This document shows positions 52,326 through 64,000 of a stretch of DNA of 64,000 nt, piece after piece. The stretch spans positions 310,001-374,000 of the forward strand of contig JALMLS010000204.1 of the NCBI GenBank assembly GCA_038496445.1. The letters run 5' to 3'. The notes beneath the pieces are model-generated. The model was not told the origin of the DNA. It saw nothing but the letters and a program-made list of their open reading frames with translations, and ran no database searches. Origin of the DNA: Trichosphaerium sp. ATCC 40318. Lineage: Eukaryota; Protista; Tubulinea. The translations under genes were made by a program, and so were the position numbers. Each line of letters opens with the position of its first letter. Position 1 is the stretch's first letter.

Positions 52326-53690
52326 TTACAATTTTTCTTCGCTTGACTTCTCTTCATTATCATCAGAGTCATCGTCTTCCTGAGCTTGAGTTGCTACAGC
52401 AACAGATGCTTGTTGTGGTACAGCAGTATAATACATACCAGCACTAGCAGCCTGTGGAGACAACGCAGAACCAGGCATACAGAAGAAGCTAGGAGAAGTA
52501 TACGGTGGTACCCCAACACCTGGGTAATAAGGCGAAGCCATAGGGTACGGTGATACGATATAAGAAAAGTCTACTGGTGTTTGTATTAGCCCTTCACTTG
52601 GTGTATTCAATGATAGAAACCCAGGAAATGTCCCTGTAGTTGGTGTTTTAGGTATAGAAACTGTAAGATTTCTGAATCTTTTCGCTGGTCTTGGATCATC
52701 AGGTGGATCACGTTCTCTGTTAATTTGAGGTGTAGTGGTAGTTGAAACATTAGGCATAGCGAATAAAGGACGAACTTGATCTGAGAGAGAGATGATTAAC
52801 ATAAGACGTAAAAAGAGGGCTGGAAAAAAATGACTGGTTATTGGACGTACTGTTGTTTACTATTTGTGGTTGTGTTGGTGTTTCCTTCTTACGTTGTGTA
52901 CGAGTACGCCGTTGTGTAGTTGTAGGTGGCTGTCCGTGAGGAGATTCTGTTTGTGATGGAGAGTCCGCTACAACTGTGTTTGATCCAGGTGTGTTGTATT
53001 GTGGGTCTACAGAAGGCGGCGTTGAAGCGCTTTGTTGTTGTTGTGCTTGTTGCATCTGCTGCATTTGTTGCATTTGCTGCATCTGATGCATTTGTGCTTG
53101 TAAATGTTGATTCTGAACTGCTGCTTGCCAAAAAGCGTATTGTTGAGGATGAATAGCTTGTTGGAATGCCACAGCCGGCTGAACTGGAGTACCTGGTGCT
53201 TGAGCTTTACAACAAAGGTCAGATTGTAATAAGGCAAATCTCACGTCTATAGATTTGATCAAAAATGTACGTACTGACTACTGGGATATGGGCCATTGGA
53301 GGCACAATTTGTGGTGTTACAAAGTTTTGATGTGGTCGTATTTCTGTTGCTGTAGGAGAAGATGTTTTTGATTGAACTGCTGGATTTTGTTCTGTTGATT
53401 TTGGAGACTGTGTAGTTTGAGGCGTATTGTTTGGTTGTTGTTGGACTTGTTGCGCTTGTTGAACTTGTTGAGTTCGTTGGGCTTGTTGTGATTGAGCTTG
53501 CTGTGCCTGGTGAGCCTGATGAACTTGTTGGGCTTGCATTTGAAGAACTTGTTGTTGATATAATTGTTGAACTTGTTGTTGATAAGGATTCGCGTAAGCA
53601 AGATTTACTGTTTGTACTGGGAACAATGATGTGTTTGGTACAACTGTACGATAGACAACAGGTTGTACTGTATGATTAACAGGTAGCTGA
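52326..53690 (-). CDS. Gln/Pro/Thr-rich low-complexity protein (5' exons not resolved)
   Basis: Three ORFs on the same strand joined by GT-AG introns; poly-Q tracts; many S/T-P sites; acidic C-terminus. Confidence 0.55.
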
Positions 53691-54607
53691 AACAAAAAAA
53701 AATTATTGACGTGAATACATAGCAAAGTAAAAGAGAAGACAACAAACAAAAAGGAGGTGAGAAAAAACGTTGGATTTTCCATTTTGTCGTTTCGGTTTTG
53801 TGGAGTTTTTTTTTTTTTTTCGCCGTACTGTTTTTTCACCGTCTTGTGCTTTGTTTGGTTCTCCTGGAGCGAATAATTTTGTATACTAACAGAAAAAACG
53901 TTATTGTTTTAGGCGAAGGAGGTATAGCTCGTATGGGCTTTGTCTGTGCGTACTGAATTGTTAGTTAGCGGTTTGCTTGGTGTATTTTTGACTTTATCTA
54001 CATAATTTGAAGCGTTCTAATTTATTGTTAACGCTCACTGCTCCTTATGCGTTTTGATGGTACCTTCAATAGGTCATTGTGAGAATTGTAAACGTGCCAA
54101 TTTTCTTGACCTAGTTCGTCCGTTTCATACACTACTACGCCCACCGGACAGTCACACAATATAGATAACTCCATCGCTTTTTTCATAACACCATTTTTGC
54201 GCTTATGAAACGTATTCTGGTGTGACTGAGTTATTTACACGGCGTATCTACGATATTTGTACGCACCTGTCGTTTCTTTTCATTTTGTATTTTCTTTATT
54301 TCGATCTTCTTCCTACCCATTGTGTACGGTTGATTTTATCTGTTATTCTTAAATGCGTTCTAATCGTATTGTATTTTCAGAAATAATACCCAAAATCTGC
54401 TGTTGTACGCGACTTGCACAATGAGGTAGTATTTGTGCTTAAACGAACCTTGTGCGTTTTAGTTCCTGTGAGGAGTTGGTCAAAAAATGTAGACGTTAGA
54501 ACTTTTTCAGTTACTTAAAACAACACACGTGGTTCTACAAGGTTCTTTAATTGTATCAAAACAGACGTGGTAAGTTTACAAGTTTATAGTACATCATTCT
54601 AGTTCAT

Positions 54608-56194
54608 TTACAGCTCGTGATCGAATTTTTTTATAAATTTGATTGCTTTTAGTTTAGCAGCTTCTGAAATAGCAGGCGTATTCGCTATATTGATGCATTG
54701 AATTTTTTTACAGTTTTCTAACGATTATAAGCTGAAAATAGGTCGAAATCAAAAGAATCGTACCAAGAATAGCGTTAAACGACAAATCTGTAGCGTAAAT
54801 CAAGCCTTGAAGACCTAAATTTACCAAATCAGGACACTTCATCGCCAGTGCCATTAAGCTTGGATCTCGCAAGTCGTAGCATCCTACTTCGTATAAGCAC
54901 AACGGAATCAATACAACAGTAATCAGTACCACTAAGACGAAGAGTTTTGAGCTTATTCATGTGCTTTGCAATGAGAAACAACGCCCCATTATCCATCAAC
55001 ACACAATTTTGTAGGCTTAGCCATTCCATATTTATACATTTTTCTGCAAGCGTACTAACACCTCTAGGACCCATAGCTCTGTTCATTTGAAGATTAAGAT
55101 ACTTTAACGTAGGTCCTACAGTGTTGCCAATAATAGTCAAAGCTTCATCTAAGACATAGCATTAGATAAATATGAACTCTTATTGAAATGTCAAAAGTAC
55201 CATCTAGCGTATAACAAAAATCAATTTTGATGCTCTCTAACTGCGTTTGTGGTTTAAGTATCATCTCTAGTTGTGTATTACGCATCTGAGCATTCCTTCC
55301 AACATCCAATGACTTTAATTTAGTGAAACGCATACCAATAAGACCACTCAAGAAGTCCATTTGTTGGCATTCTAAAAATATTAATATAAGATTTACTACA
55401 TCATTTACACTGTACGTACGTGTCTTACGGATACTGAGAACCTCTAAATCAGGATGTAATTTGTTGAAAATGCTTAACAGAACTTCTGGCGTGACATGTG
55501 TCAAAAAATGTGACCACCTAAGCAATACCAAGGTTAGAAAAAAGTACATGTTTTGAAAAAACAATACCCAAAGTCGACTGCTCGGAGATTAGGGAGCTTG
55601 GAGAGTAGATATATAACACCTATAATAACTATTAATCCACGTACAATGTGAAAAACCGGTATAATCACTAACAGAGCGTAGATTGTCATTGTACCTTGAT
55701 GGGTGATTTTGTAACATTCTCGCAAGTTTAATGATGTAATTAACTCTTTACAAGGTAGCGAGTCAGCAAGACGCATCAATCCTTTGTGATGGTGTTAGTT
55801 TCTTTTGAAGTTTGGGTGTCAAAAAGATTCTAAATACAGAAATGTACTGTACCTTCATCACGAAGGCTCGATTTGTGCAAATCGAGCGTTGTTAACCGCA
55901 TATCGGATATTACTGTTATCATCCCATCAGTTAATTTTTGTGCGGAACACAGCTTTGCAAATAGTCTCATGCGCACGTTGGCGGTCAAAGCATTCCATTT
56001 TGAGTACTACACAATCGTTAAAAAAACAAAACGAGTCGAAAACGCGTACGTTATCAAAGGTGTGACTCTCTCGTAGAATACACGAGTAGCATATATCCTG
56101 CAGAGACGCTAATTTGTTTTTTCCTCCTTTACCAATCTATTCACGTTAACGAGTTGCCAATACACTTTCATACGTACTGCATAGTGTGTCGCAT
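54608..56194 (-). CDS. Leucine-rich repeat (cysteine-containing type) protein with N-terminal BC-box-like motif (AMN1/FBXL-like)
   Basis: SLQDICYSCI near the N-terminus. LRR-CC units ITSLNLRECYKIT, LKSLDVGRN, LKYLNLQMN, MEWLSLQNC, LKTLRLSGCYDL, LVNLGLQG. Start approximate. Confidence 0.75.
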
Positions 56195-56638
56195 GAGTTT
56201 CGATGCACCAATATTCTTTTGCTTTAACATCATGTCGTAGTTTCTTAATATCCTTAATAATACCGATCATAGTTAGAGTTGTTGCGTGTTTGAAAGTCAA
56301 GGTGTAATACGGCAATGTTGGTAAATTTGAGGCGAATTTAGACGAAAAAGTTGTGAAACAATTTTGACGGAGCAACAACTTTTTTTCAGCTGGTTCAATG
56401 AAGACATACTCGTGGTTGCTTGAAACGTTTAATAGCGCTTGTACACACTATGAAAAGTACATGGAAACTAAACACCATTACTATTTAACGCAATATTACG
56501 GTGTAAGAAAATGAGCGGAAAAAAAAAAAGTCAAAGGTCAATTCGTGGTTTTGTTCGGTTTGGTTCGCAACGTATTTAAGGATTGTGGTTTCTTGAAGTA
56601 CTATAACTTTATAATTATTTGGCGAGAGATATGAAGAA

Positions 56639-57952
56639 ATGAAGGATTCCGCAAGCACAAAAAAGTTTAAGGTTGGACGTAAGATTGGGCATGGACTCAC
56701 TTGTGAGGTATTCATACTATATAACGCGCGTTATTTTCTTTTTACTAACTCGTAGTTTAATAGGTTTTTGCCGGTCGTTGTAGAGAAACGAAGGAAAGGG
56801 TGGCTATTAAGTATATAAACACAGAGTTTTCGACAAAGTTTCGAAAAGATATCCGTCGTGAGATAAAAGCTCTAGAGCTCATTGGTTCACACCCACACAT
56901 CATAGGATACAAAAGCCAGTTCAAAACCGACCAAGGTACGTGCGGAAAGCTGTTTTCAATCACATTTTCTCCAATTATCCCCCATTTTCTGTAACATTAA
57001 CTTGTCGTACTTTATGACACGATAGTGTGAATTGCACGAACAAAAGTAGCGCATTGAAAATAGAGTTTCACATTTTAATAATTTCGTTTTAGGCAAACCC
57101 GCGCTAGTCTTTGCGCGAGCTCGTAAGACGCTTCGCGATCATTTACGTCAAAATAGCACAATTTCATACAAACGAGTTACCTCAACGGTAAAACAAGTAC
57201 TTCTTGCGCTTGTAGCTATACACAGGGTTGGGTTAGTACACTGCGATGTAAAAATGGGTACGTTGAAAGAGGAAAACGGTTTTTTCGTGCTAACGCGTTT
57301 TTCGTATGATCAGGAAATATTTTCATTGGTTTCGATGGTGTAACCAAGCTAGGCGATTTTGGGTTCGTTAGAACCATAGCCAAAGCTAGCCAAGGTGATT
57401 TACCAACGATTAAAGGGACACCAGAGGTAAACGCCCTTCAAAAGCCTACTTTTTGGCTTTTTTTTGTTAATTCCTACGCTGCCTTCTCGTTTTTCAGTAT
57501 TTGCTATTTATGGAAGAGAGTTTCGTTGATAATTATTAATAACATATGATTAGTACATGGCTCCAGAGCTTTACGTTGGTAATGGCGCATTTAGTGAAAA
57601 GTTTGATATTTGGAGTGTTGGTGTTGTTACGTTCATAATGCTTCTTAAAAGACAACATCATCAGCTTCGTGGCACTGCTATAATGAAGTGGAAGCTTAAG
57701 GCAGTACACAACAAAGGATACCTAGACTTTGAAACGTATAAAAAGGAATTGAGTACAATGGAGATATCTTTCTTGCAAAGGCTTCTTTGCGTTGAGCCAA
57801 ATAAGAGGCCAAGTGCAAAGAGGTGTTTGAGGCTTGATTGGCTACGAGGACCACAATGCAGTGACAGTGACTCCATCAGACGTCACTCTCTTCGAAATAG
57901 CTTTAGAGAGAGGTACAGACAGCGTCGTAATACTCTCACTGATTTTGTGTGA
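56639..57952 (+). CDS. Ser/Thr protein kinase (non-RD)
   Basis: IGHGLTCEV, VAIK, REIKAL, HCDVKMENI, KLGDFG, GTPEYMAPE, DIWSVGV, KRPSA. Confidence 0.92.
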
Positions 57953-58122
57953 ACGGTATAGACAGTGTTGTATTATCTCTCACCAATTTGGAGTGAATTT
58001 TTTTAAACAGAATGTAGCATAGTAAAGAAGAAATTTGAAGTGTTTTAGTTTTTTTTTTTGGTTTTTTTTTCTGTCGGACGGAGTGTTAAGTTCGTTTTAG
58101 CTTATATTACGTGTGAGCAACC

Positions 58123-59375
58123 ATGGAGCTACCTGATGAGGTTAAGAGCGGTTAAAGTCTGTTTTTAATTGTGTTTAGACTGTTTTAACAATATTTGGTT
58201 ATACAGACGTTAATGTTCTGTTCTCGTGCATGATGACATGTCGAAGGTGGAGTTCTATTGCTTTAGACGCGAAGGTGGCGATTTTGGTTTACAAAACTGT
58301 TTAACGTTTCAGTAGTTATGGCAAGCGTTGTTTCTACGTGATTTTAGTGCGCAGGCACGAAATGAAGCCAAAGGCAAAGGACCACTAGAGAAATACAAAT
58401 ACGGAGCTGCTGAAATGCCGGTAACCGCTTTCAACGCATTTTATGTACTAACACAACATCTAAGCTTCGCATTTTGAGTTATGCGAAGCTCATACTGCAT
58501 TATGGGAGTGAGTGACAGGTTTTTTTTGGTTTTTTTGATTGTTTTTTGGCAGATTTGCAAGGCAGAAACTCGGAGAAGCATTTCATCGCGTATTGTTATA
58601 GAGGTAAAGACAAAAACAAGTCATAATTTTTTTTTTTCGATTTCAGCATGAAATTACTACTTGGTTTTCTGAACAATTTTTTGACATTAGGTGAACTCCA
58701 AGCCATCAAAAATAATGCTATTATTGATAAATCAAATAAAGCCTATTATGATATTAATACACTTTATTGTTATAAAGGGTGGTCCTATGGTAATAACAAA
58801 ACTAAGAATTTCTTATTTTTTTCTGCAAGTTAGTTAACTACAATTATAGAATGTGATTATGAATACTTTTGGGGTGGTATAGGTACTTGACGAAGGTTGT
58901 ATATCATCTCATTTCTCTTTAGAATATTCTAGGGGGTGTCACATTTACCTTCCATCTGATTTTGACCAAGCACATCCGACTACAGACCACTATAGAGATA
59001 TTGTACGTTTTTTTTTTACTCACCACAAAGTTCTTCCAGTTTCTTGTTTTTAACTGTTACAATTTCAGGAATTAGATCCTCCTATAGAGTATGGGGGAAC
59101 ACCTATCATGTGGGCATGTATTCAGGGTCATTTGAAGGCTGTTAAATTGCTTATTCGACTTTTTCCTGAAGGTTAACTACAACTCTTTGTATTGTTTATT
59201 AACTAGTTTTATAGTGGATCTATCAGTTGGTATTACTCATTTAAACAATGCAACAGCATTGGATATTGCATTAAAGAATAAACACTTCACATTAGCGAAA
59301 TATCTATCAAAAATGCAAAAAAAGCAGATAAAAAAGAGAAAAAAAGAGGAAAAGAAACAAGTTACAGGAAAATAA
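58123..59375 (+). CDS. F-box + ankyrin repeat protein
   Basis: MELPDE..LTIFGY..CMMTCRR..LWQALFLRDF (F-box). GGTPIMWACIQGHLKAVKLLI and NNATALDIA (ankyrin). Confidence 0.75.
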
Positions 59376-59690
59376 GAGCAAGTAAAAATAAAGTATTTAT
59401 TTATGTTATCCATGAGCCTCTATTGATAATCTTGATTATGTGTAGTCTCCTCGTCCTATCTGTACTTTCGTTACCGAGCATGTAATTCTTTGTTGAACAA
59501 TAAGACTTAGTTCCTCACAACCGAGTAGGCCTTAAACTGAACTTTATTGATGGGAATGTTACATTCTTTTCACCTCTAATGTTAATATCTTTCTACAAAC
59601 AATTATATGTCAAAAATGCAAATATGCGTAGTGAGATATAGCCTTTACATCTGCTTGATGATTTGCTACGAGTTTATTTGGTGAATCAGT

Positions 59691-60980
59691 CTACGATAAA
59701 TACTTTGACCACGGAAAGGATTTATCGTTGTTGTCCATGTGCGCCCAATAATGTCCACTCAATTGGCCATTGTCATCATAATAACTTTTGTACCTCAGAG
59801 TACCGTCAGAGTTCCAAAACTCATCTGACTTTTCACCGGTAAGTTGTCTTGTAAACATGAGTTGACCATCGCTATACCACTTCTTTTGAAACTCCTTAGT
59901 GTAATGCTTTGACATTTGTCCATTTTCATACCATTCCTTATTTTGTTGGCCTTTTTTGTAACTTTTCATTTGACCATTTTCGTAATAGTACACAAACTCA
60001 ACAACATCACCAAGAAGACTGTAAGTCTTTCTCGCCTTTATTTGGTCACTCTCGTCATACCACCATATCCATTCACCTGCCCTCATGTTGTTTTTCATTT
60101 TACCTTCCGCAAAAACACAGCCACTTGCATACCACCCAGTGCATGGACCATTCTTGTACCCGTCTTTGTAGAGTTGTCGAATCTTTCTGCCTTTTGCAGT
60201 GTACTCCCTTATGCCATCAAGTTTATCATGTTTATATGTTGTTAGCCACCTAAGATTGTTTCGGTAGTGCTCAGTGTGTGCCCCATGAAGCCTTCCTTGG
60301 TTGTCAAAAGCTTTTCTTTGGATGTAAAACTCTGTGGAGGAGTAAGCTCGTCTCCATGCCTTCCAATACCCAACTTGTTTTAATTCTATTGAATAATGTG
60401 TCATAAATGCAGCTTTTCGTGAGAGAACATGCCTTAAACATAGATATTAGAACCCGGAACAAAATGCAACCAATTACCATTTAGAGAAGGTTGTACGTTC
60501 CATTTCGCAGATGTACTGTTGTATTTCAGGTGGTAATGACAACAGCAAGGAAGTATCGTCATCTAGAATGGTAGCGTGTTCAGCTATAACTCTTAGTGCA
60601 GGCACTGTTCTTCTGTTTGCCTTTAAAATGCGACGGGATACTTCAACAACTGGTTTTGGTTTTGGTTTTGCACTTGTTGCTACATCAGGAGGTGCTGCTT
60701 GAGGTTTGGGTTTAAAAGCGAGTTGCTCCTCTTTTATCTGTTTTTTGGGTATGAAAGTAAATGAAGGTACAGCATCAGCATGAGCCGAAAATAGAAAAAG
60801 AGGTGGTTGATCTGCTTCAGCTTTTGTATTTGACAAAGGAGTAGTCGGGTTGAAAACAAACGGAGTACCTTGAGCGGAATAAATACGAAGGCAAAACAAC
60901 AAGAAGAATAAGTAGAAAAATAATCGCCAAAGAATACCTTTGATACTACTACTGTCACTGGGCTTTGTAGGTTTTTGCAT
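59691..60980 (-). CDS. F-box-like + MORN-variant repeat protein, paralog of 48434-49651
   Basis: LLSLPPEIQQYIC..SKW splices (60476-60434) in frame to HVLSRKAAFMTHY and then degenerate YYENGQ/WYENGQ/WYSDGQ repeats. Confidence 0.78.
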
Positions 60981-61476
60981 GGGAAGACACGGTGCTTTGC
61001 CGGCAAGTAGTTTATGGTTTATTAGAATAGAAGAAATGACACGTGACATACAACAAAATTCACGTGAATTCGACGAAAGTTCTGTGTAGCACAAAATAAG
61101 TGGTCTCTTTTAAGAAGAATTGAAGATTAATTTTCGAAGAACTACACTGCAATAATGTAATTGCAATAGAAATAGGCGAAAAACTATGAGTTGTATCACG
61201 TGGCGAAGAAAATCCAGATTCTGGATTTTTGTTCATCTTTGTCCTAAATGAGGCTTATTTTTTAATCTACTGTCACTAGTCCTGTTTCACAAGAAACAAT
61301 TACTATTAAGAGTGCACTTGTTCTTATTTTAGCTGTTATGCATTTATTGTTCTATTTGCCTCTCTTGTGTAGTAAGTTTAACTAACAACGCGTAAAAAGT
61401 TAGTTTTAGCACGTGAACCCAATTTATTTGATTATTCACTGTTTTTTTGTTGACATTGCTTTGGACGCTTTGGTGC

Positions 61477-61930
61477 TTATTTTTTAGCTATCCCAATCCT
61501 AATTTATGACTCTACATACGCTACTTGCCAGTTTTTAATACCACGGACAATTTCGGCAAAGGAAAGCTTCATCTACAACGTAAAAGCGTCAAATCACGTG
61601 TTTTGGAACAAAAAGGTAATAAACATTCAAAAAAAAAGACTATTTCTAGGCGCACATCTCCGGTGGAATCAAAACGCTCAAAAGCCTTCTCAGACGCGAA
61701 TTTAGCTATCTCTGAGGGTAATCCAAAGAGGGATACAAGTGCCTGTGACAAATTAATGAATGTTTTGAAAGAAATTTCGTTTAAAGGAAGCTAATGTTAG
61801 TACATACTTTTTGGCTATCTGTTGGCGAGAGTAGTCCTCCCTGAATATTATTTGCTGTTGTAAACACTTTAAATTTATCCTCTAGCTCTTTCTCCGTTAT
61901 ACTACCAAAAGCACGTGTTAGCTCCTCCAT
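61477..61930 (-). CDS. Small EF-hand-like protein
   Basis: Spliced AFERFDSTGD|MKLSFAE gives a 12-residue loop D-x-T-x-D-x-K-x-S-x-x-E. Gene ends uncertain. Confidence 0.45.
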
Positions 61931-62531
61931 TATTTAACTTTCCGAACAGATAAGGGTAGTTTTGTTAGTTTGATGTCTTTTTTGTTTTTAGTACACTTTT
62001 TCTCCGTTTGTCAACGGTGTTCTATTGAGCACAAGTTATTGATTGTTTCTTCTTGCAGCACATGTAGCCATTGGGGTAATTATTTATAAATACATCACGC
62101 TTATCTCAATCAACACAAGATAAATAATTAATGCGAGAGCAGTCAACGGGGTTCTCCTGGATACTTTCCATTAGTGTGGCCATTGGTTGTCTCTACAAAA
62201 TTATAAAATCAGATACAGTTGACTGTCATCTTAAACACCCTTTGCAGTGACGTACCTTGGTACAGAAGGTGGAGGACGTGTTCTAGAGTCAGAATTACGC
62301 CAAGTGTAAGGGTCAGGCCAATTAGCACTCGTTCTATTATGAGGCAAAGTAGGCGATTGAGAGGCATCGTTTGGGTTTGCAGACAATCTGTTCAATGGCG
62401 CTGCACGAGGACGAATCTCAGAACGTTGTTCTGAACTACGTGGTGAAGTACTGATGCCATTTAAGAAGTTTAAAGCAGCGCGTTTCCACGTGATAAACTT
62501 TTATTATTTTGTTGCAAGTTTTCTGTTTTCT

Positions 62532-64000
62532 TTACAAACTTATCATTAGCGTATGTTGGCCATCTTCGGTTTTTTCTTTACACTTCCCTTTACAACCAAG
62601 TTTTCTTTTATCGCCAGGTGGAAGTTTTACACTAATCGTGTTGTACGGTAGCTCATATGATCCTTCAACAGTAACATCTACTTCAACAAAATCAAGTTTT
62701 GTGTTCACTCTCAAAGAAACAATAGAGAAGATTTGCTTCTCCAAGAAATCGTTCGTTGACCCTTTGAAATATCGTTAGTCACACATGTGAGAGTATTTAA
62801 AAAGGTTATGTAAATTACCATCATCTTCATAAAGGTCAAATACACTTTCTTGCCCTGGTTCGAGAGATGGAAAGATTAGAAATGTGCGCCCATCATCTTG
62901 AAGTTTATCACACGTGCTAGACCCAGCATGGTTTGAAAATGGTATAATTCCTCCATCAGGTACAAATAAAGGTATAGTATCGAGTTTAACAGGAACTGAA
63001 CGAAGTTATTTAATTAGAAGAAGCCACCAAGACAATAAACCAAAAACGAAGACAAAAACATACAGAAAAAATTGAGAAAAAGTTCTTGCCTGTTATCGTT
63101 GTTCCACCCTTGTAACGTTCTCCTGTAAACAATGACACCCAATCATTTGATTTTGGTAAGTAAACAGTACGTGTTTTGGCTTCTTTTTCGTATACTGATG
63201 CTACAAGAAGATTTTTACCAAGCATAAAATCAAATGAATTTTCTCGACACTTAGGATCTTGTTGGTAACTGTACACCTATAAAGAAGGTTTTAATTCTAT
63301 TGTATTTACTCAAACAGCAGCTCAAGTCACTTTAAATCAGAGATATATGTACCATTGGGCGCAGAATTGGAGAACCTTTAGAACAGCATTCATGAAATAG
63401 TGTATAAATGTAAGGAATCAGTTTATATCGAAGTTTTATCATTTCCTGGACAATAGGAAGAACTTCACTATGCATCCATGGCTCATTTGCTGTCTGATCA
63501 GTATTCCAAGAGTGAATAGAGAATCTAGGCATAAAAATACCTTGCTAGAGGACAACGTCAATGGTACTTTCGTATTTTTGTAAATTTGTTAAGCAGTACT
63601 TGAACCCAGCGAACCCATAGTTCCGTATCTGGTTTAGGTCCAGCAAATCCTCCTACATCATGACCATAGTGAGAATAACCAGAAATGGCCATACCTAGTA
63701 ACTATTAAGAATTTTCTAGTCGGGTCAAGTAAAATAGCTAACCCAAACCCATAGGAATATTCCACTTTAGAGTGTGCCAACTGGTATGATTGTCTCCTGA
63801 CCAAGTTGCAGCGTATCTGTTAATACCATTATTTTTTTATTAGAAGCGAGCAGTATCGTACCTATGAAGACCTGTACAGCCAGACCTAGAGATAACGTAT
63901 GGCCTTACTATGTAAAGACTTAAAAACAGCAAATTAAAACGCAATACCATTTGGAGAGTGTTTAAGTTGAGCTTCACGTGAAGCCATTGTCATCAAGAGT
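62532..64000 (-). CDS. GH31 alpha-glycosidase, C-terminal part; runs off the window end
   Basis: RYAATWSGDN, GHDVGGFAGP, RYKLIPYIYT, PILRPM, FMLGKNLLVASV, VYLP..W, IPLFVPDGGIIP, LYEDDG. Confidence 0.92.

Noticed and set aside
62100-62460. Possible small gene on the - strand with a GTACGT donor near 62256
   Set aside because: More than one frame is open, with no recognisable domain or convincing start; it cannot be resolved without transcripts.

Overview
AT-rich (roughly 35% GC by eye), gene-dense eukaryotic nuclear DNA from a protist. The gene mix (GATA, Zn2Cys6, RasGEF, WD40-type ATG16, helical-repeat/nuclease family) suggests an amoeba, but that is inference. About 28 protein genes are broken by many short (mostly 30-100 nt) spliceosomal introns, so the ORF track shows only fragments; I rebuilt gene models by hand from GT/GC-AG junctions and their ends are approximate. 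I saw no rRNA, tRNA, CRISPR array or intact transposon. The standout is a 13-14-intron gene at 19361-21308 (-) encoding an apparently intact DUF692/MNIO multinuclear-iron enzyme. It looks like the ChrH type, a bacterial RiPP-maturation family, and is almost invisible in the ORF track. Other notable items: a probable SprT-SIM-UBZ-UBX fusion head-to-head with USP7, a PB1-TPR-UBA protein, a secreted GH94-like enzyme, a WD40/peroxiredoxin-like fusion, two paralogous F-box/MORN-repeat genes, two helical-repeat genes (one with a PD-(D/E)XK-like tail), a protease-less FtsH-like ATPase, and strong window-wide enrichment of CACGTG. Family calls come from motif recognition, not database searches.
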